A stretch of DNA of 64,000 bases from contig JBBKXJ010000018.1 of assembly GCA_037969395.1 (NCBI GenBank), positions 20,108 to 84,107 on the forward strand, written 5' to 3'. Origin of the DNA: Pseudomonadales bacterium. Lineage in GTDB: Bacteria > Pseudomonadota > Gammaproteobacteria > Pseudomonadales > JAUIET01. The notes under the pieces are model-generated. The model was given only the letters and a program-made list of their open reading frames with translations. It did no database searches and was not told the DNA's origin. A program made the translations under genes and the position numbers. Shown piece after piece: positions 42,271-54,735 of this stretch. Position 1 is the stretch's first letter. Every line of letters starts with the position of its first letter.

Positions 42271-42998
42271 AAACGCAGATCTCCCCATCGATACTGCAAA
42301 ATACTCAGCGCCGCCAATGGTGCAGTCTCGGTACGCAGCACTCTTTCTCCCAGGCACAACGCGGTGAACTCTGCCGCGCCTAGCTGCTGCACTTCCTGAT
42401 CGCTAAATCCCCCTTCCGGCCCTATTGCAAGTAACGCTGACTGTGGTGCAGCGTTGGGGTTCAAACGTTGTCCAGCTTCGGGGTGCAACACCAGCTTCAT
42501 ATCAGCACTGTTTCGCGATGCCCATGCAGCGCTGCTAACGGGTTCATGTAGCTGCGGTATTATATTCAACCCGCTTTGCTCGCAGGCGCTAATACTAACA
42601 CCTCGCCAATGCTGCATACGTTTCACCAGCCTCTCGGCCTGCAACTTCACTGCGCAGCGCTCGGTTAACAGTGGCGTAATAGCGTGCACTCCAAGCTCGG
42701 TTGCCTTTTGCACTATCCAATCCATCCGCTCGCCGCGCGAAAGACCAATGCCGAGATGAATGTTGAGAGGGCTGCTACGATTGATAGGGGAGAACTTCTG
42801 CAATTCCAGCTGCAGCGATTTTTTAGCTAACTGCGTGATCACAGCCTGCCACTCGCCGCCACGACCGTCGAAGACCACTACCTGATTGTTGGCTTGCAGA
42901 CGCAGTACGTGCGCCAGATAGCGCGCCGCCCGCTGGTCGAGTGTGAGCGGTCCGGCGGCGCTGATCGGCGCGGTATGGTAGATACGCGGCACGCGCAT
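42267..42998 (-). CDS. rsmE: 16S rRNA (uracil1498-N3)-methyltransferase
   Basis: Begins MRVPRIYH and contains ...HVLRLQANNQVVVFDGRGGEW...GPEGGFSDQE, a SPOUT/RsmE signature. Confidence 0.9.
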   Translation of the reverse strand: MRVPRIYHTAPISAAGPLTLDQRAARYLAHVLRLQANNQVVVFDGRGGEWQAVITQLAKKSLQLELQKFSPINRSSPLNIHLGIGLSRGERMDWIVQKATELGVHAITPLLTERCAVKLQAERLVKRMQHWRGVSISACEQSGLNIIPQLHEPVSSAAWASRNSADMKLVLHPEAGQRLNPNAAPQSALLAIGPEGGFSDQEVQQLGAAEFTALCLGERVLRTETAPLAALSILQYRWGDLRF

Positions 42999-43021
42999 AG
43001 CGTTATCGTTAGTGAATAGGG

Positions 43022-43864
43022 TTAATCGAAGCCGAGGTTGCGACAGATCGTCGCCGTGGGATCGACACTGTTCATCGTATAAAAGTGCAGACCGGGAGCG
43101 CCGCCGCGCAGCAGTTGTTCACACAGGCGGCTGACTGCCTCCACGCCGAACTCGCGCAAGCCTTGTTCGTCGTGCTGCAAGCACTCCAGTCGCTGTGTTA
43201 TCCAGCGTGGAATCTCTGCACCGCAGGCAGCTGAAAAGCGCGCCAGATTTTTATAGTTGGTAATTGGCATAATGCCGGCATAGATCGGTGCTTCGATGCC
43301 TGCTCGCCTGCATTGTTCAAGAAAATAAAAATACGCATCGGGGTTATAAAAATACTGAGTAATAGCGCCGTTGGCACCTGCCTCAATTTTGTTACGAAAG
43401 AAGTTCAAATCGCTGCCGAATGATTCCGCCTGTGGGTGTATCTCCGGGTAGGCCGCGACTTCAAGCTGTAGCTCAGCGCCGCAGTGTTGGCGAATAAAGC
43501 TGACCAGTTCGTTGGCGTGCACGGTTTGCGTGTTGCCCATGCCTGAAGGAATATCGCCTCGCAGCGCGACGATGCGATCGACGCCCTGATTTTGATAGTC
43601 ACGCAGCAGCTTCAGCATCGACTGCTCGTCATCACCGCCGAAAGAAAGATGCGGTGCCACCGAAATATTGGCAGCGCGCATCGCACTGACGGTGCCACGC
43701 GTGAATTCACGCGTGGAACCGCCGGCACCATAAGTCACCGAAAAGAATTCCGGATTAAACTCGTTTAGCGTTTCCCAAACCTGCTGCAGTTTGTCCCGCC
43801 CGGCATCGGTCTTGGGCGGGAAAAACTCGAAGCTGAGCCGCTTATTATTGGTCAAAGTGCTCAT
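43022..43864 (-). CDS. metF: 5,10-methylenetetrahydrofolate reductase
   Basis: 280 aa with SFEFFPPKT...FSVTYGAGGSTR...RIVALRGD. Confidence 0.93.
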   Translation of the reverse strand: MSTLTNNKRLSFEFFPPKTDAGRDKLQQVWETLNEFNPEFFSVTYGAGGSTREFTRGTVSAMRAANISVAPHLSFGGDDEQSMLKLLRDYQNQGVDRIVALRGDIPSGMGNTQTVHANELVSFIRQHCGAELQLEVAAYPEIHPQAESFGSDLNFFRNKIEAGANGAITQYFYNPDAYFYFLEQCRRAGIEAPIYAGIMPITNYKNLARFSAACGAEIPRWITQRLECLQHDEQGLREFGVEAVSRLCEQLLRGGAPGLHFYTMNSVDPTATICRNLGFD

Positions 43865-45282
43865 TAGTACTTGTAGTGCTCCGGTTTGTAAGGGCCTTCG
43901 ACTGGCGTGTTTACGTACTTGGCCTGCTCGGTGGTCATTTGCGTCAACACGCCACCAAAACCCTCTACCATGTACGCTGCCACTTCTTCGTCGAGTTTCT
44001 TGGGCAATACGTCAACGCTCATACTTGCTTTTTGCGTCGCGGCGTCTTGCTCTGCGAACTTGAGTTCGAACAAATGCATTTGCGCTAACACCTGGTTGGC
44101 AAATGAGCCGTCCATGATGCGCGAGGGGTGTCCGGTTGCATTGCCCAGATTCACCAGTCGACCTTCGGACAACAGCAGCAGATAGTCGTCGCTGCCGATA
44201 TCGAAATCGGCGCCGGGTTTCGCATCACGATAGATTTTGTGCACCTGCGGTTTAACTTCCTGCCAACCCCAGTTGTCGCGCATATATTGCGTGTCGATTT
44301 CATTATCGAAGTGGCCGATATTACAAATCACCGCGCCTTTTTTCACTGCTTGTAGCATATAGCGATCACACACTGTGGTGTTGCCGGTGGTGGTGACGAT
44401 AAGATCAATATTCGCCAACAGCGTATCGTTAATGCCTTCGCGCGTGCCGGTGTTAACACCATCTTTGTACGGCGACACGATTTCATAGCCGTCCATGCAG
44501 GCCTGCATGGCGCAGATAGGGTCGATTTCGGATACTTTAACGATCATGCCTTCCTGGCGCAGGCTTTGCGCCGAACCTTTGCCGACATCGCCGTAGCCAA
44601 CGACCAGCGCTTTTTTGCCAGACAACAAATGGTCCGTGCCGCGTTTGATAGCATCGTTAAGGCTGTGGCGGCAGCCGTACTTGTTGTCGTTCTTGGACTT
44701 GGTCACCGAATCATTGACGTTGATTGCCGGCACTTTCAGCGAACCGTCGTCGAGCATTTCCAGCAAACGGTGTACTCCGGTGGTGGTTTCTTCAGTGATG
44801 CCGTGGATGTGCTCCAGCATTTGCGGGTATTTGGTATGCACCATCGCGGTCAAATCGCCGCCATCGTCAAGCAGCATGTTGGCGTTCCACGCCTTGCCGT
44901 CCTGCAGAATGGTTTGTTCAATACACCACTCGCCTTCCTCCTCGGTTTGCCCTTTCCAGGCGTATACGGCGACGCCGGCCGCTGCAATGGCGGCTGCGGC
45001 GTGATCCTGGGTGGAGAATATATTGCACGATGACCAACGCACTTCGGCACCGAGTTCAATCAAGGTTTCAATCAGCACCGCGGTTTGAATGGTCATGTGA
45101 ATACAGCCGATGATACGCGCGCCGGCCAGCGGTTGGCTGTCTGCATATTTGCGGCGAAGAGCGATCAGTGCCGGCATTTCGTGCTCAGCGATAGCGATTT
45201 CGCGGCGGCCATAGTCCGCCAGGCTTATGTCGGCCACCTTGTAATCCTGTTGAATCGTATCTATTTTCTCGTTGGCATTCAT
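43864..45282 (-). CDS. ahcY: Adenosylhomocysteinase
   Basis: 472 aa with [27 protein letters not shown]...GYGDVGKG...[10 protein letters not shown]. Confidence 0.96.
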   Translation of the reverse strand: MNANEKIDTIQQDYKVADISLADYGRREIAIAEHEMPALIALRRKYADSQPLAGARIIGCIHMTIQTAVLIETLIELGAEVRWSSCNIFSTQDHAAAAIAAAGVAVYAWKGQTEEEGEWCIEQTILQDGKAWNANMLLDDGGDLTAMVHTKYPQMLEHIHGITEETTTGVHRLLEMLDDGSLKVPAINVNDSVTKSKNDNKYGCRHSLNDAIKRGTDHLLSGKKALVVGYGDVGKGSAQSLRQEGMIVKVSEIDPICAMQACMDGYEIVSPYKDGVNTGTREGINDTLLANIDLIVTTTGNTTVCDRYMLQAVKKGAVICNIGHFDNEIDTQYMRDNWGWQEVKPQVHKIYRDAKPGADFDIGSDDYLLLLSEGRLVNLGNATGHPSRIMDGSFANQVLAQMHLFELKFAEQDAATQKASMSVDVLPKKLDEEVAAYMVEGFGGVLTQMTTEQAKYVNTPVEGPYKPEHYKY

Positions 45283-45308
45283 ATTCGTGTCCTCTATGTG
45301 TTCGATGA

Positions 45309-46466
45309 TTAAAGAGCTGCTTTTAGCGTGTCGGCTTTGTCGGTTCTTTCCCAGGTGAAATCGGCTTCGCTGCGGCCAAAATGACCATAAGCAGCGGTGG
45401 CTTGGTAGATTGGCCGTTTCAGGTCCAGCATTTCGATCAGGCCTTGCGGACGCAGGTCAAAGTGTTCGCGCACCAATTCAACGATCTTATTATCGTCGAG
45501 ATTGCCGGTGCCGAAGGTGTTAACGCTGATCGACGTGGGTTCGGTGACGCCAATCGCATACGAGATTTGAATCTCTGCACGCTCGGCCAGGCCGGCAGCG
45601 ACAATATTCTTCGCCACGTAACGGCCTGCATAAGCGGCGGAGCGGTCGACTTTGGAGGGGTCTTTACCCGAGAAGCAACCGCCACCGTGGCGTGCCATGC
45701 CGCCGTAGGTGTCGACAATAATCTTGCGACCAGTCAGGCCGCAGTCGCCTACCGGGCCGCCGATGACGAAATTGCCTGTGGGATTGATAAAGTATTTGGT
45801 ATCAGCAGTAAGCCATTCCGCCGGTAATACCGGCTGGATGATGTGCTCTTTCACTGCGCTGCGCAGTTCTTCCAGCGTGATGTCGGCGCTATGCTGAGTG
45901 GAAAGCACAATGGCATCAATTGCCGCCGGCTTGCCGTCTTCGCCGTAGCGAAAGGTGACCTGACTTTTTGCGTCCGGACGCAGCCAGGGTAAGCTGCCAT
46001 CTTTACGCACTTTGGCTTGCTGGTGTACCAAACGATGCGCATAGGTGATAGGTGCCGGCATCAGGACTTCGGTTTCATTGCTAGCGTAACCAAACATCAA
46101 ACCCTGGTCGCCGGCGCCGAGCTCTTTGTTGTCGCCTTCATCCACGCCCATGGCGATGTCGGCTGACTGTTTGCCAATGGCGTTCAATACCGCGCAAGAT
46201 TCCCAGTCGAAACCCATATCGGAACTGTTGTAGCCGATGTCCTTGATCACGCCACGGGCGATTTCTTCGATATCGACCCAGGCATCGGTGCGCACTTCGC
46301 CGGCGACCAGCACCATGCCGGTTTTCACCAGCGTTTCGACCGCTACGCGGGCATCCGGGTCTTTGGCTATGATGGCGTCGAGAATTGCGTCAGAGACCTG
46401 GTCGGCTATCTTATCCGGATGGCCTTCGGACACAGATTCTGATGTAAACAGGGAGTATTCACTCAT
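45309..46466 (-). CDS. metK: S-adenosylmethionine synthetase
   Basis: [24 protein letters not shown]...[12 protein letters not shown]...DTYGG, a canonical MetK. Confidence 0.97.
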   Translation of the reverse strand: MSEYSLFTSESVSEGHPDKIADQVSDAILDAIIAKDPDARVAVETLVKTGMVLVAGEVRTDAWVDIEEIARGVIKDIGYNSSDMGFDWESCAVLNAIGKQSADIAMGVDEGDNKELGAGDQGLMFGYASNETEVLMPAPITYAHRLVHQQAKVRKDGSLPWLRPDAKSQVTFRYGEDGKPAAIDAIVLSTQHSADITLEELRSAVKEHIIQPVLPAEWLTADTKYFINPTGNFVIGGPVGDCGLTGRKIIVDTYGGMARHGGGCFSGKDPSKVDRSAAYAGRYVAKNIVAAGLAERAEIQISYAIGVTEPTSISVNTFGTGNLDDNKIVELVREHFDLRPQGLIEMLDLKRPIYQATAAYGHFGRSEADFTWERTDKADTLKAAL

Positions 46467-46494
46467 TACGTTATACCTTTGCTAATTTAAACGG

Positions 46495-47490
46495 TTAGTT
46501 GGTGGATTTTTGAAAGTGGCGTACCTGCAGGCGAAAGCCATTGCGCAGACTGAAATATTGCCCTTCACGGGCCTCGCTAAGCCCGGCTTTTCGCGCCCAG
46601 TCACTGAGCTCTTCCGGCGCAAAGCCCAGCCACAGGTCGCCGCAGGCCTGGCGCACCCAGTTCTGGCTGTGTTCGCACAGGTCGGCCACAAACAGCTGGC
46701 CGCCGGCTTTTAACAGCGCTGCCGCATCGGCAAACAATTCGGCCGGGGAGGCAACATGGTGTAGCACCATGTGCATGACAATTACCTGCACGCTGATGCC
46801 TTGTTGCAGGGCAAGTTTGCTATCGCCGAGTAGAAAACGGGTGTTTTCAAGGCGCTTTTCGGCAGCGAATAGTTTCGCCTGGTTGAGCATCTCCTCGGAG
46901 ATATCGAGAGCGGTGACTTCGCCAAACAGCAGCGCAAGTTCTTGCAGAAATTCGCCCGAGCCCGGGCCTACTTCCAATACGCTGTGGCGTTGCTGCGCGT
47001 CAAGCTGCTGAAGCAACTCCGCTACCGGTGTTGTATACACTGGATAGTCGGCAATCAACTCCTGCTGAGTGGTAAATTTGTCGGCGTTATCATTGAAAAA
47101 CTGTCGCGACAATTGGGCACGATTGGCCTGTATAGCTTTTAAACGATTCGCCACCGGCGCTGGCAGCGGCAACTGATCCGTAGTCTCGAACAGGCAGTCA
47201 TGCAGCGATTGCAGCCAGGTGTGTACCGCCGTCGCCGCGCGTCGATAGAAAATGTGATTGCCTTCGCGCCGGGTGGCGACGAGCTGTGCCTGCGCCAGCA
47301 CTTTGAGATGATGGCTCATTGCCGATTGCTGCATTGCGAAAATTTCACACAGCTCGCCGACGCCGAACGAGTCGCGTCGTAAGGTACGTAAAATATGCAG
47401 GCGCAGCTCATCGGCTGCGGCCTTATTAAGCTGGGTGAGGGCATTTACCTGGACACTTTCTGTCAGGTTGGCGCTGGCGGGAATATTCAT
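46495..47490 (-). CDS. sahR: ArsR-family HTH fused to SAM-dependent methyltransferase-like domain (SahR-type methyl-cycle regulator)
   Basis: The N-terminus has ELRLHILRTLRRDSFGVGELCEIFAMQQSAMSHHLKVL (ArsR wHTH). The C-terminus has VLEVGPGSGEF (MTase motif I). It lies directly upstream of metK-ahcY-metF on the same strand. Confidence 0.78.
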   Translation of the reverse strand: MNIPASANLTESVQVNALTQLNKAAADELRLHILRTLRRDSFGVGELCEIFAMQQSAMSHHLKVLAQAQLVATRREGNHIFYRRAATAVHTWLQSLHDCLFETTDQLPLPAPVANRLKAIQANRAQLSRQFFNDNADKFTTQQELIADYPVYTTPVAELLQQLDAQQRHSVLEVGPGSGEFLQELALLFGEVTALDISEEMLNQAKLFAAEKRLENTRFLLGDSKLALQQGISVQVIVMHMVLHHVASPAELFADAAALLKAGGQLFVADLCEHSQNWVRQACGDLWLGFAPEELSDWARKAGLSEAREGQYFSLRNGFRLQVRHFQKSTN

Positions 47491-47519
47491 TGGCGCGAAC
47501 TATAGCAAGCGTGCTTAAG

Positions 47520-47541
47520 TATATCAATTTATTTTGATATA
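47520..47541. promoter_or_regulatory. Palindromic candidate operator (SahR box) in the sahR / tktA divergent region
   Basis: Perfect inverted repeat TATATCAA-N6-TTGATATA, 30-51 nt upstream of the sahR start codon. Confidence 0.5.
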
Positions 47542-47676
47542 GATTCACTGGTCAGCCGGTAGATGCTGTGCCTATCTCTTTAAGGCTTGCTGCGTTTGCT
47601 CTGCCAGCATGGCTGAGCGACAATAGCGCCCCCGATTTATTGCCCGCCGTTAATAAGCCATCAAAGGACACCAAGC

Positions 47677-49668
47677 ATGCCAAGCCGCACTGAACTAGCC
47701 AACGCCATTCGCGCGTTGAGCATGGACGCCGTACAACAAGCCAACAGCGGCCATCCAGGAATGCCCATGGGTATGGCCGATATTGCCGAAGTGTTGTGGA
47801 ATGATTTCCTGCGTCACAATCCCGCCAACCCGCATTGGTGCGGTCGTGATCGTTTTGTGGTGTCTAACGGTCACGGTTCCATGCTGCTGTACTCACTGTT
47901 GCACCTGTCGGGCTACGAGCTGCCTATTGAAGAACTGAAAAACTTCCGTCAGCTGCACTCGAAAACGCCTGGTCACCCCGAATACGGTTACGCGCCTGGT
48001 ATTGAGACCACCACCGGCCCGCTGGGCCAGGGGTTGGCGAATGCTGTTGGCATGGCGCTGGCCGAAAAAGTGCTGGCCGCGCACTTCAACCGCGACGGGT
48101 TTGCTATTGTCGATCACAATACCTACGTATTTGTAGGCGATGGTTGCCTGATGGAAGGCATCTCGCACGAAGTGGCATCGCTGGCCGGGACCTTAGGTTT
48201 GGGTAAACTGATCGCCTGCTATGACGATAATAATATTTCCATCGACGGCGATGTCAGCGGCTGGTTTACCGATAACACGCCGCAGCGTTTTGAAGCCTAT
48301 GGCTGGCATGTGTTGCCCAATGTAGATGGGCACGACGCCGATGCTGTGCATGCTGCTTTGGAAGCAGCGCGACAGGTTAGCGACAAGCCTACTTTAATTT
48401 GCTGCCAAACTATCATCGGCAAGGGCGCGCTCAATAAACAAGGCACCGGCGGCGTGCACGGTGCCCCGCTGGGCGCCGACGAAATTGCCGTAGCGCGGCA
48501 AGAGTTAGGTTGGCAATATCCACCTTTTGAAGTGCCGGAATCTGTTTATGCGGGTTGGGATGCACGCCAGCGTGGCGCTGGGCAAGAGCAGCAATGGCAG
48601 GATAAGTTTCAATCTTACCAGCAGCAGCACCCTGATTTAGCCGCCGAATTTGAGCGCCGCATGAGCGGCGAATTACCGGCCGATTTCAGTGAACAGGCGC
48701 AGCATTATATTGCAGCGACGCAGGAGCGCGGCGAAAGCATCGCCAGCCGCAAGGCGTCGCAAAACGCCTTGAATGCGCTTGGCCCTATGTTACCCGAACT
48801 GTTGGGCGGCTCGGCCGATCTGGCGGGTTCTAATCTAACGTTGTGGAGCGGGTCGAAAGCTGTGACTGCTGAAGCTGCCGACGGCAACTACATCTATTAT
48901 GGCGTGCGTGAGTTTGGCATGACTGCAATCGGCAACGGCATTGCCTTACACGGCGGCTTTATCAACTACGGCGCCACTTTCCTGATGTTTATGGAGTATG
49001 CGCGCAACGCGGTGCGTATGGCGGCCTTGATGCGTCAGCGAAATATTTTCGTGTTTACCCACGACTCTATTGGCTTGGGCGAAGATGGCCCCACTCATCA
49101 GCCGGTCGAACAACTTACCAATTTGCGCACCACTCCTGGCCTGGTTACCTGGCGGCCAGCTGATGCGGTGGAGTCAGCAGTGGCGTGGCAAGCGGCTATC
49201 GAGCGCAATGACGGACCAACCGCGCTGGTATTCTCGCGTCAGAGCCTTGCCCATCAAGCGCGCAATAATGACCAGCTTGCGGCCATCGCACGTGGCGCGT
49301 ATGTGTTGCATGATAGCGACGCGACGCCGGAGCTTATTCTGATCGCGACCGGCTCGGAGCTTGAGCTTGCCATGCAGGCGGCGCAGCAGCTTGATGCATC
49401 GGTACGCGTGGTGTCCATGCCATCGGCAGAAGTGTTTGAGCAGCAGGACGAAAGTTACCGGCAGCAGGTGCTGCCAGCCGCGGTGCGCAAGCGCATTGCC
49501 ATCGAAGCCGGTCACGGTGACTACTGGCGCAAATATGTTGGCCTGGATGGTACCGTGATCGGAATTAACCGCTTTGGCGAGTCCGCTCCGATTGCCGATT
49601 TGATGCAGGAATTTGGCTTCACCGTCGATAACGTTTTAGCTAAGGCGAGAGCATTGTTGAGTTCATGA
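47677..49668 (+). CDS. tktA: Transketolase
   Basis: 663 aa with [30 protein letters not shown]...[12 protein letters not shown]. Confidence 0.96.
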   Translation: MPSRTELANAIRALSMDAVQQANSGHPGMPMGMADIAEVLWNDFLRHNPANPHWCGRDRFVVSNGHGSMLLYSLLHLSGYELPIEELKNFRQLHSKTPGHPEYGYAPGIETTTGPLGQGLANAVGMALAEKVLAAHFNRDGFAIVDHNTYVFVGDGCLMEGISHEVASLAGTLGLGKLIACYDDNNISIDGDVSGWFTDNTPQRFEAYGWHVLPNVDGHDADAVHAALEAARQVSDKPTLICCQTIIGKGALNKQGTGGVHGAPLGADEIAVARQELGWQYPPFEVPESVYAGWDARQRGAGQEQQWQDKFQSYQQQHPDLAAEFERRMSGELPADFSEQAQHYIAATQERGESIASRKASQNALNALGPMLPELLGGSADLAGSNLTLWSGSKAVTAEAADGNYIYYGVREFGMTAIGNGIALHGGFINYGATFLMFMEYARNAVRMAALMRQRNIFVFTHDSIGLGEDGPTHQPVEQLTNLRTTPGLVTWRPADAVESAVAWQAAIERNDGPTALVFSRQSLAHQARNNDQLAAIARGAYVLHDSDATPELILIATGSELELAMQAAQQLDASVRVVSMPSAEVFEQQDESYRQQVLPAAVRKRIAIEAGHGDYWRKYVGLDGTVIGINRFGESAPIADLMQEFGFTVDNVLAKARALLSS

Positions 49669-50675
49669 TACGCGTCGCCATCAATGGTTACGGCCGTATT
49701 GGCCGCTGCGTTCTGCGAGCATTGCACGAGCGCGCCGATATGCAGCAAATGCAGGTCATTGCTATTAATGAACCGGCCGACCTGGCAACCATGTGTTATC
49801 TCACTCGCTACGATACTACGCACGGTCGGTTTCCAGGCAGCGTCGAGCAGACTGAAGAGTCATTAGTGATCAACGGCGAAACTATTCAAGTTTCGCATAA
49901 GCAGCGCATTGAAGACTTACCGTGGCGTGACCTGCAGATTGACCTGGTACTCGAATGCAGCGGCGCCTATGATTCAAGGCCGGACGCAGAAAAACTTTTG
50001 GCCAATGGCGCAAAAAAATTGCTGTTTTCTCACCCTGCGGTAGACGCTGCCGACGCCACCATTGTGTATGGGATTAATCATCACCAGCTTGGCATTGAAG
50101 ATCGTATCGTTTCCAACGCATCCTGCACCACTAACTGCATCGTGCCCGTGATTGCGGTGCTTGATGAAACCTTCGGTATTGAAGCCGGGCAAATCACAAC
50201 AATCCATTCGGTGATGAACGATCAGCCGGTGATCGATGCTTATCACAATACAGATTTGCGCAAAACCCGCAGCGCCAGTCAGTCGGTGATTCCCATTGAA
50301 ACTCAGCTAGCCAAAGGTATTGAACGCATTCTGCCACACACGCAGGGGCGCTTCTCCGCCGGTGCGATTCGCGTGCCGACAACCAACGTGTCGATTATGG
50401 ACTTATCGGTGTGGTTAGCTAAAGAAGTTACCTCCGCCGCAATCAACGCGGCCTTGCGCGAGGCCAGCGAGCAGCACTTAAATGGCGTGTTAGGTTACAC
50501 GGAAGAGCCGCTGGCTTCGTGTGATTTTAATCACGATCCGCGCTCAGGTGTGGTTGACGCCGGCCAAACTCGCGTCAGCGGTGGGCGGCTTGCCAAGGTA
50601 TTTACCTGGTTCGACAACGAATGGGGATTCGCCAATCGCATGCTCGATGTAGCAGCGTTGATGACTCGCCAGTGA
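49665..50675 (+). CDS. epd: D-erythrose-4-phosphate dehydrogenase (GAPDH family)
   Basis: [20 protein letters not shown]...[13 protein letters not shown]...[13 protein letters not shown]. It is closer to Epd than to GapA as I remember them, and sits in the tkt-epd-pgk-fba context. Confidence 0.85.
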   Translation: MIRVAINGYGRIGRCVLRALHERADMQQMQVIAINEPADLATMCYLTRYDTTHGRFPGSVEQTEESLVINGETIQVSHKQRIEDLPWRDLQIDLVLECSGAYDSRPDAEKLLANGAKKLLFSHPAVDAADATIVYGINHHQLGIEDRIVSNASCTTNCIVPVIAVLDETFGIEAGQITTIHSVMNDQPVIDAYHNTDLRKTRSASQSVIPIETQLAKGIERILPHTQGRFSAGAIRVPTTNVSIMDLSVWLAKEVTSAAINAALREASEQHLNGVLGYTEEPLASCDFNHDPRSGVVDAGQTRVSGGRLAKVFTWFDNEWGFANRMLDVAALMTRQ

Positions 50676-50703
50676 TTTATAATTAAACCGAGGGAGAGTT
50701 AAA

Positions 50704-51876
50704 ATGCCTATCACAAAAATGGCTGATTTGAATTTACACGACAAGCGCGTACTCATACGGCAGGACTTGAATGTGCCGATTAAAGACGGCGCAGTTAGCA
50801 GCGATGCGCGCATTCGTGCATCTATTCCAACCATCCAGCAAGCGTTGCAGCAAGGTGCGCGCGTTATGGTCATGTCGCACCTGGGTCGCCCCGAAGAGGG
50901 TGCTGGTGAGGCCGCCAACGCCGATTATTCACTTGCACCGGTGGCTAGCCGTCTGGGTGAACTGCTGAGCCGCGATGTTGAGCTAAAAACTGACTGGTTG
51001 AACGGAGTTGACGTTGCCAGCGGCGACATCGTGCTGCTGGAGAACGTGCGTTTTAATGCGGGTGAGAAGAAAAATGATGACGCACTGGCAAAAAAAATGG
51101 CCAGCCTTTGCGATGTATTTGTTATGGATGCTTTCGGCACGGCGCATCGCGCGCAGGCATCTACGCACGGGGTCGCCAGGTTCGCGGCTGAGGTATGTGC
51201 CGGACCGCTGCTAAGTGCCGAACTCGATGCCCTGGAGCGCGCATTGCGGAGTCCAGCCCATCCGCTATTGGCCATTGTGGGTGGCAGCAAGGTGTCAAGC
51301 AAGCTAACCGTGCTAGACCAACTCGCCGACAAGGTTGACCAGCTAATCGTCGGCGGCGGCATAGCCAATACGTTTTTGGCAGCGGCAGGGCTGCCGATCG
51401 GTAAATCGCTGTGTGAAAAGGACCTGTTAGCGCAGGCGACAGCACTAATGCAAAAAACCCATATTCCGTTACCGGTTGATGTTGTCGTCGGCGACAGATT
51501 CGACGCTGGCGCGCAAGCCACCATCAAACCGGTTGAAGAGGTGAGTGAGCACGATATGATTTTCGACATTGGCCCGCAAACTGCGCAACTTTTTAGCGAA
51601 ATCATCGCTGAGGCGAATACGATTATCTGGAACGGACCGGTCGGCGTTTTTGAGTTTGACCAATTTGGCGAAGGCACCCGGGTAATTTCGCAAGCGATTG
51701 CCAGTTCGGCTGCTTTCTCCATTGCCGGAGGGGGTGATACCCTGGCCGCCATTGATAAATATGGCATAAGCGAGCAGATATCCTACATTTCTACTGGTGG
51801 AGGGGCGTTTTTGGAGTTCGTCGAGGGCAAAACCCTGCCTGCCGTTGAGATACTTGAAAGCCGCTATAAGGAGTAG
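50704..51876 (+). CDS. pgk: Phosphoglycerate kinase
   Basis: 390 aa with [15 protein letters not shown]...MSHLGRP...[10 protein letters not shown]. Confidence 0.96.
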   Translation: MPITKMADLNLHDKRVLIRQDLNVPIKDGAVSSDARIRASIPTIQQALQQGARVMVMSHLGRPEEGAGEAANADYSLAPVASRLGELLSRDVELKTDWLNGVDVASGDIVLLENVRFNAGEKKNDDALAKKMASLCDVFVMDAFGTAHRAQASTHGVARFAAEVCAGPLLSAELDALERALRSPAHPLLAIVGGSKVSSKLTVLDQLADKVDQLIVGGGIANTFLAAAGLPIGKSLCEKDLLAQATALMQKTHIPLPVDVVVGDRFDAGAQATIKPVEEVSEHDMIFDIGPQTAQLFSEIIAEANTIIWNGPVGVFEFDQFGEGTRVISQAIASSAAFSIAGGGDTLAAIDKYGISEQISYISTGGGAFLEFVEGKTLPAVEILESRYKE

Positions 51877-51992
51877 ACTGTGTTGTGCGCACGCCAACCC
51901 TGCGACAGTCCAGAGGGAATAGCGCAACATAAGTGCGCGCGGCGCACGCTGCGTCATCCATATTTTTTATTTCGCCACAGCAGGAAACTATA

Positions 51993-53057
51993 ATGCCATT
52001 AATAAGCATGCGCCAACTACTCGATCACGCCGCCGAACATGGCTACGGCGTGCCAGCCTACAACGTTAATAATCTCGAGCAGACCCGCGCTATTATGGAG
52101 GCGGCTAAACAGACAAATAGCCCGGTTATTATGCAGGCGTCGGCCGGCGCGCGTAAGTATGCCGGTGCGCCGTTTCTGCGCCATATGATTGCTGCTGCGA
52201 TCGAGGAGTTTCCGAATATACCGGTAGTGATGCATCAGGACCATGGCGTGTCGCCAGCGGTCTGCCAGCGCTCTATTCAGCTCGGTTTTTCGTCGGTAAT
52301 GATGGATGGTTCGCTGCGCGAAGACGGCAAAACGCCGGCAGATTACCAGTATAACGTCGAGGTTACGCGGCGAACAGTTGATATGGCGCACGCCTGTGGC
52401 GTCTCGGTTGAGGGTGAACTTGGCTGTCTCGGATCGCTGGAAACATGTGAGGCCGGCGAAGAGGACGGCGTTGGCGCGGAGGGGGTTTTGACCATGGAGC
52501 AGATGCTCACCGACCCCGAGGAGGCCGCCGATTTCGTTAAAAAAACGCAGGTTGACGCGCTTGCCATTGCGATTGGCACCAGCCACGGCGCGTACAAGTT
52601 TTCGCGCAAACCGACTGGCGATATTCTGGCTATTGACCGTATCAAAGCCATCAACGCGCGCATTCCTAACACTCATTTAGTCATGCACGGTTCCTCTTCG
52701 GTGCCGCAGGAGTGGTTGCAGATCATCAACGAATTTGGCGGTGATATTGGTGAAACCTACGGTGTGCCGGTGGAGGAAATTCAGGAGGGTATCAAACACG
52801 GTGTGCGCAAGGTCAATATTGATACTGATTTGCGGTTGGCGTCGACCGGCGCGATTCGCCGCTTTTTGGCACAAAACCCTGCTGAATTTGATCCACGTAA
52901 ATACCTTAAGGAAACGATTACCGCAATGAAGGATATTTGCGTCGCACGCTACGAAGCGTTTGGCACCGCTGGAAACGCCGATAAAATAAAGGTGATCGGT
53001 CTTGAAGCCATGTATGAACGTTACGCCAGTGGAGAACTCACGCCAAAAGTTAATTAA
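51993..53057 (+). CDS. fba: Fructose-bisphosphate aldolase, class II
   Basis: The internal ATG 51993 gives [27 protein letters not shown]. It also has ...HQDHG...LVMHGSS. 354 aa. Confidence 0.95.
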   Translation: MPLISMRQLLDHAAEHGYGVPAYNVNNLEQTRAIMEAAKQTNSPVIMQASAGARKYAGAPFLRHMIAAAIEEFPNIPVVMHQDHGVSPAVCQRSIQLGFSSVMMDGSLREDGKTPADYQYNVEVTRRTVDMAHACGVSVEGELGCLGSLETCEAGEEDGVGAEGVLTMEQMLTDPEEAADFVKKTQVDALAIAIGTSHGAYKFSRKPTGDILAIDRIKAINARIPNTHLVMHGSSSVPQEWLQIINEFGGDIGETYGVPVEEIQEGIKHGVRKVNIDTDLRLASTGAIRRFLAQNPAEFDPRKYLKETITAMKDICVARYEAFGTAGNADKIKVIGLEAMYERYASGELTPKVN

Positions 53058-53100
53058 ACCCTGACAGGCTTTGCGGCATATTTAAAGAGCTAACACGGTT

Positions 53101-54048
53101 ATGGATATACAAGCTCTCCTTAACAGCCTTGAGCCGCTGGACTTCGCAAACCCGCAGCCCAGCAGCGCGGTGCAAAAATCATATTTCCGCTTCTATGGCA
53201 TCGATATAGAAAATCGCATGCCGGAGGTGGAGCATTTTTTTGGTAGCTTTGCCAGCCCCGATTTTAACATCGCCTGCCATTTCTTTCGGCGACAACAGGC
53301 CAAAGGCACTTGCTATGTGGTGCACGGCTATTACGACCACGTCGGGCTGTATGGCAACGTATTCGAATATTGGCTAGGCAAGGGCTTTTCGGTGATCGCT
53401 TTTGATTTGCCGGGCCATGGTCTGTCCACTGGTCCGCAGGCGACTATTAGCAGTTTTACCCAATACAGCGCCGCACTGGAGCGGTGCATTAACTTAAGCC
53501 GCCAGCATACGACGGCCCCTTTGCATCTGGTGGGTCAAAGCACCGGTGCCACGATTGTTATGCAGCATGTGTTACACCATCAATACACGAAGACGACTTC
53601 GCCGTTCGAACACATTGTCTTGCTTGCGCCGCTGGTGCGTCCTTCATTGTGGCACCTGTCGAGGGTGCTGCATCGCATATTGCGACCTTTTATCAAGAGT
53701 ATTCCGCGCCGCTTCGCCGCCAACTCGAATGACCTGGCCTATCTCGAATTTATACGCGGCACTGATCCGCTGCAGTCGCAGTTACTGCCCGTGCAATGGG
53801 TGTCGGCAATGCGCGATTGGATAGACATATTCGCAAACTTCGCCGCAACCGATATTGAGCCTTTTATCGTACAGGGCAAGCAGGATGGCACCGTCGACTG
53901 GCGTTTTAACGTGAAGGCGATCACCGAAAAATTTCCCGCCTGCGAAGTTTTTTACATAGAAGAGGGGCGCCACCATCTGGCGAACGAATCGGAAGAGATT
54001 CGTCGCCTTCTATTCGGAATGCTTGATCACCTATTCGAAAAAAGTTGA
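53101..54048 (+). CDS. Alpha/beta hydrolase (lysophospholipase / monoglyceride lipase-like)
   Basis: Has an HG oxyanion motif (VVHGYYDH), the nucleophile elbow GQSTG, and a late Asp (QDGTVD) and His (GRHHL). Confidence 0.72.
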   Translation: MDIQALLNSLEPLDFANPQPSSAVQKSYFRFYGIDIENRMPEVEHFFGSFASPDFNIACHFFRRQQAKGTCYVVHGYYDHVGLYGNVFEYWLGKGFSVIAFDLPGHGLSTGPQATISSFTQYSAALERCINLSRQHTTAPLHLVGQSTGATIVMQHVLHHQYTKTTSPFEHIVLLAPLVRPSLWHLSRVLHRILRPFIKSIPRRFAANSNDLAYLEFIRGTDPLQSQLLPVQWVSAMRDWIDIFANFAATDIEPFIVQGKQDGTVDWRFNVKAITEKFPACEVFYIEEGRHHLANESEEIRRLLFGMLDHLFEKS

Positions 54049-54060
54049 GTTTCCGGGTTG

Positions 54061-54735
54061 TTAGTCGCGCACCAGGGTTCTGCTACCGCTGGCTGTGCCA
54101 AGTATCAACAAGTCAGCACCACGGCGTGCGAACAAGCCATTGGTGACGACACCACTGATATTATTTAGTGTTTGTTCCATCTCCAATGGTGCCATAATCT
54201 TAAAGTTGTAAACATCAATGATGATGTTGCCGTTGTCGGTAACGATATCCTCACGTAGCACCGGGTCGCCGCCGAGTTTGGCGATTTCGCGAGCGACATG
54301 GCCGCGAGCCATTGGAATTACCTCAACAGGTAGAGGAAACTCGCCGAGTATATCGACCAGCTTCGACTCATCTGCGATGCACACGAATTCTTTAGCGACG
54401 GCCGCAACGATTTTTTCGCGAGTCAAGGCAGCGCCACCGCCCTTTATCAGCTGCAGTTGGTGGTTGGACTCGTCAGCACCGTCGACGTACACATCGACCT
54501 TATCGACACTGTTTAAATCAAACACTTGCATGCCGTGCTGCTTCAAGCGCTCGGTCGACGCCCTGGAGCTTGAAACGGTGGCGTTAAACAAGCCTTTGTG
54601 CGCGGCTAGTGCATCAATGAAATAGTTGGCTGTCGAGCCCGTACCCACGCCGACGATGACATCAGGCAAGAGTTTGGGTTTGATGTAATCAAGAGCGGCC
54701 TGCGCGGCCTGCTGTTTCATGCTGTTTTGGTCCAT
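54061..54735 (-). CDS. rpiA: Ribose-5-phosphate isomerase A
   Basis: 224 aa with [16 protein letters not shown]...VDGADE...[11 protein letters not shown]. Confidence 0.95.
   Translation of the reverse strand: MDQNSMKQQAAQAALDYIKPKLLPDVIVGVGTGSTANYFIDALAAHKGLFNATVSSSRASTERLKQHGMQVFDLNSVDKVDVYVDGADESNHQLQLIKGGGAALTREKIVAAVAKEFVCIADESKLVDILGEFPLPVEVIPMARGHVAREIAKLGGDPVLREDIVTDNGNIIIDVYNFKIMAPLEMEQTLNNISGVVTNGLFARRGADLLILGTASGSRTLVRD

Noticed and set aside
50925-51767. 280-aa ORF antisense to pgk
   Set aside because: It lies completely within the well-supported pgk gene on the other strand. Its translation is Ser/Ala/Pro-rich without motifs, which is typical of a shadow ORF.
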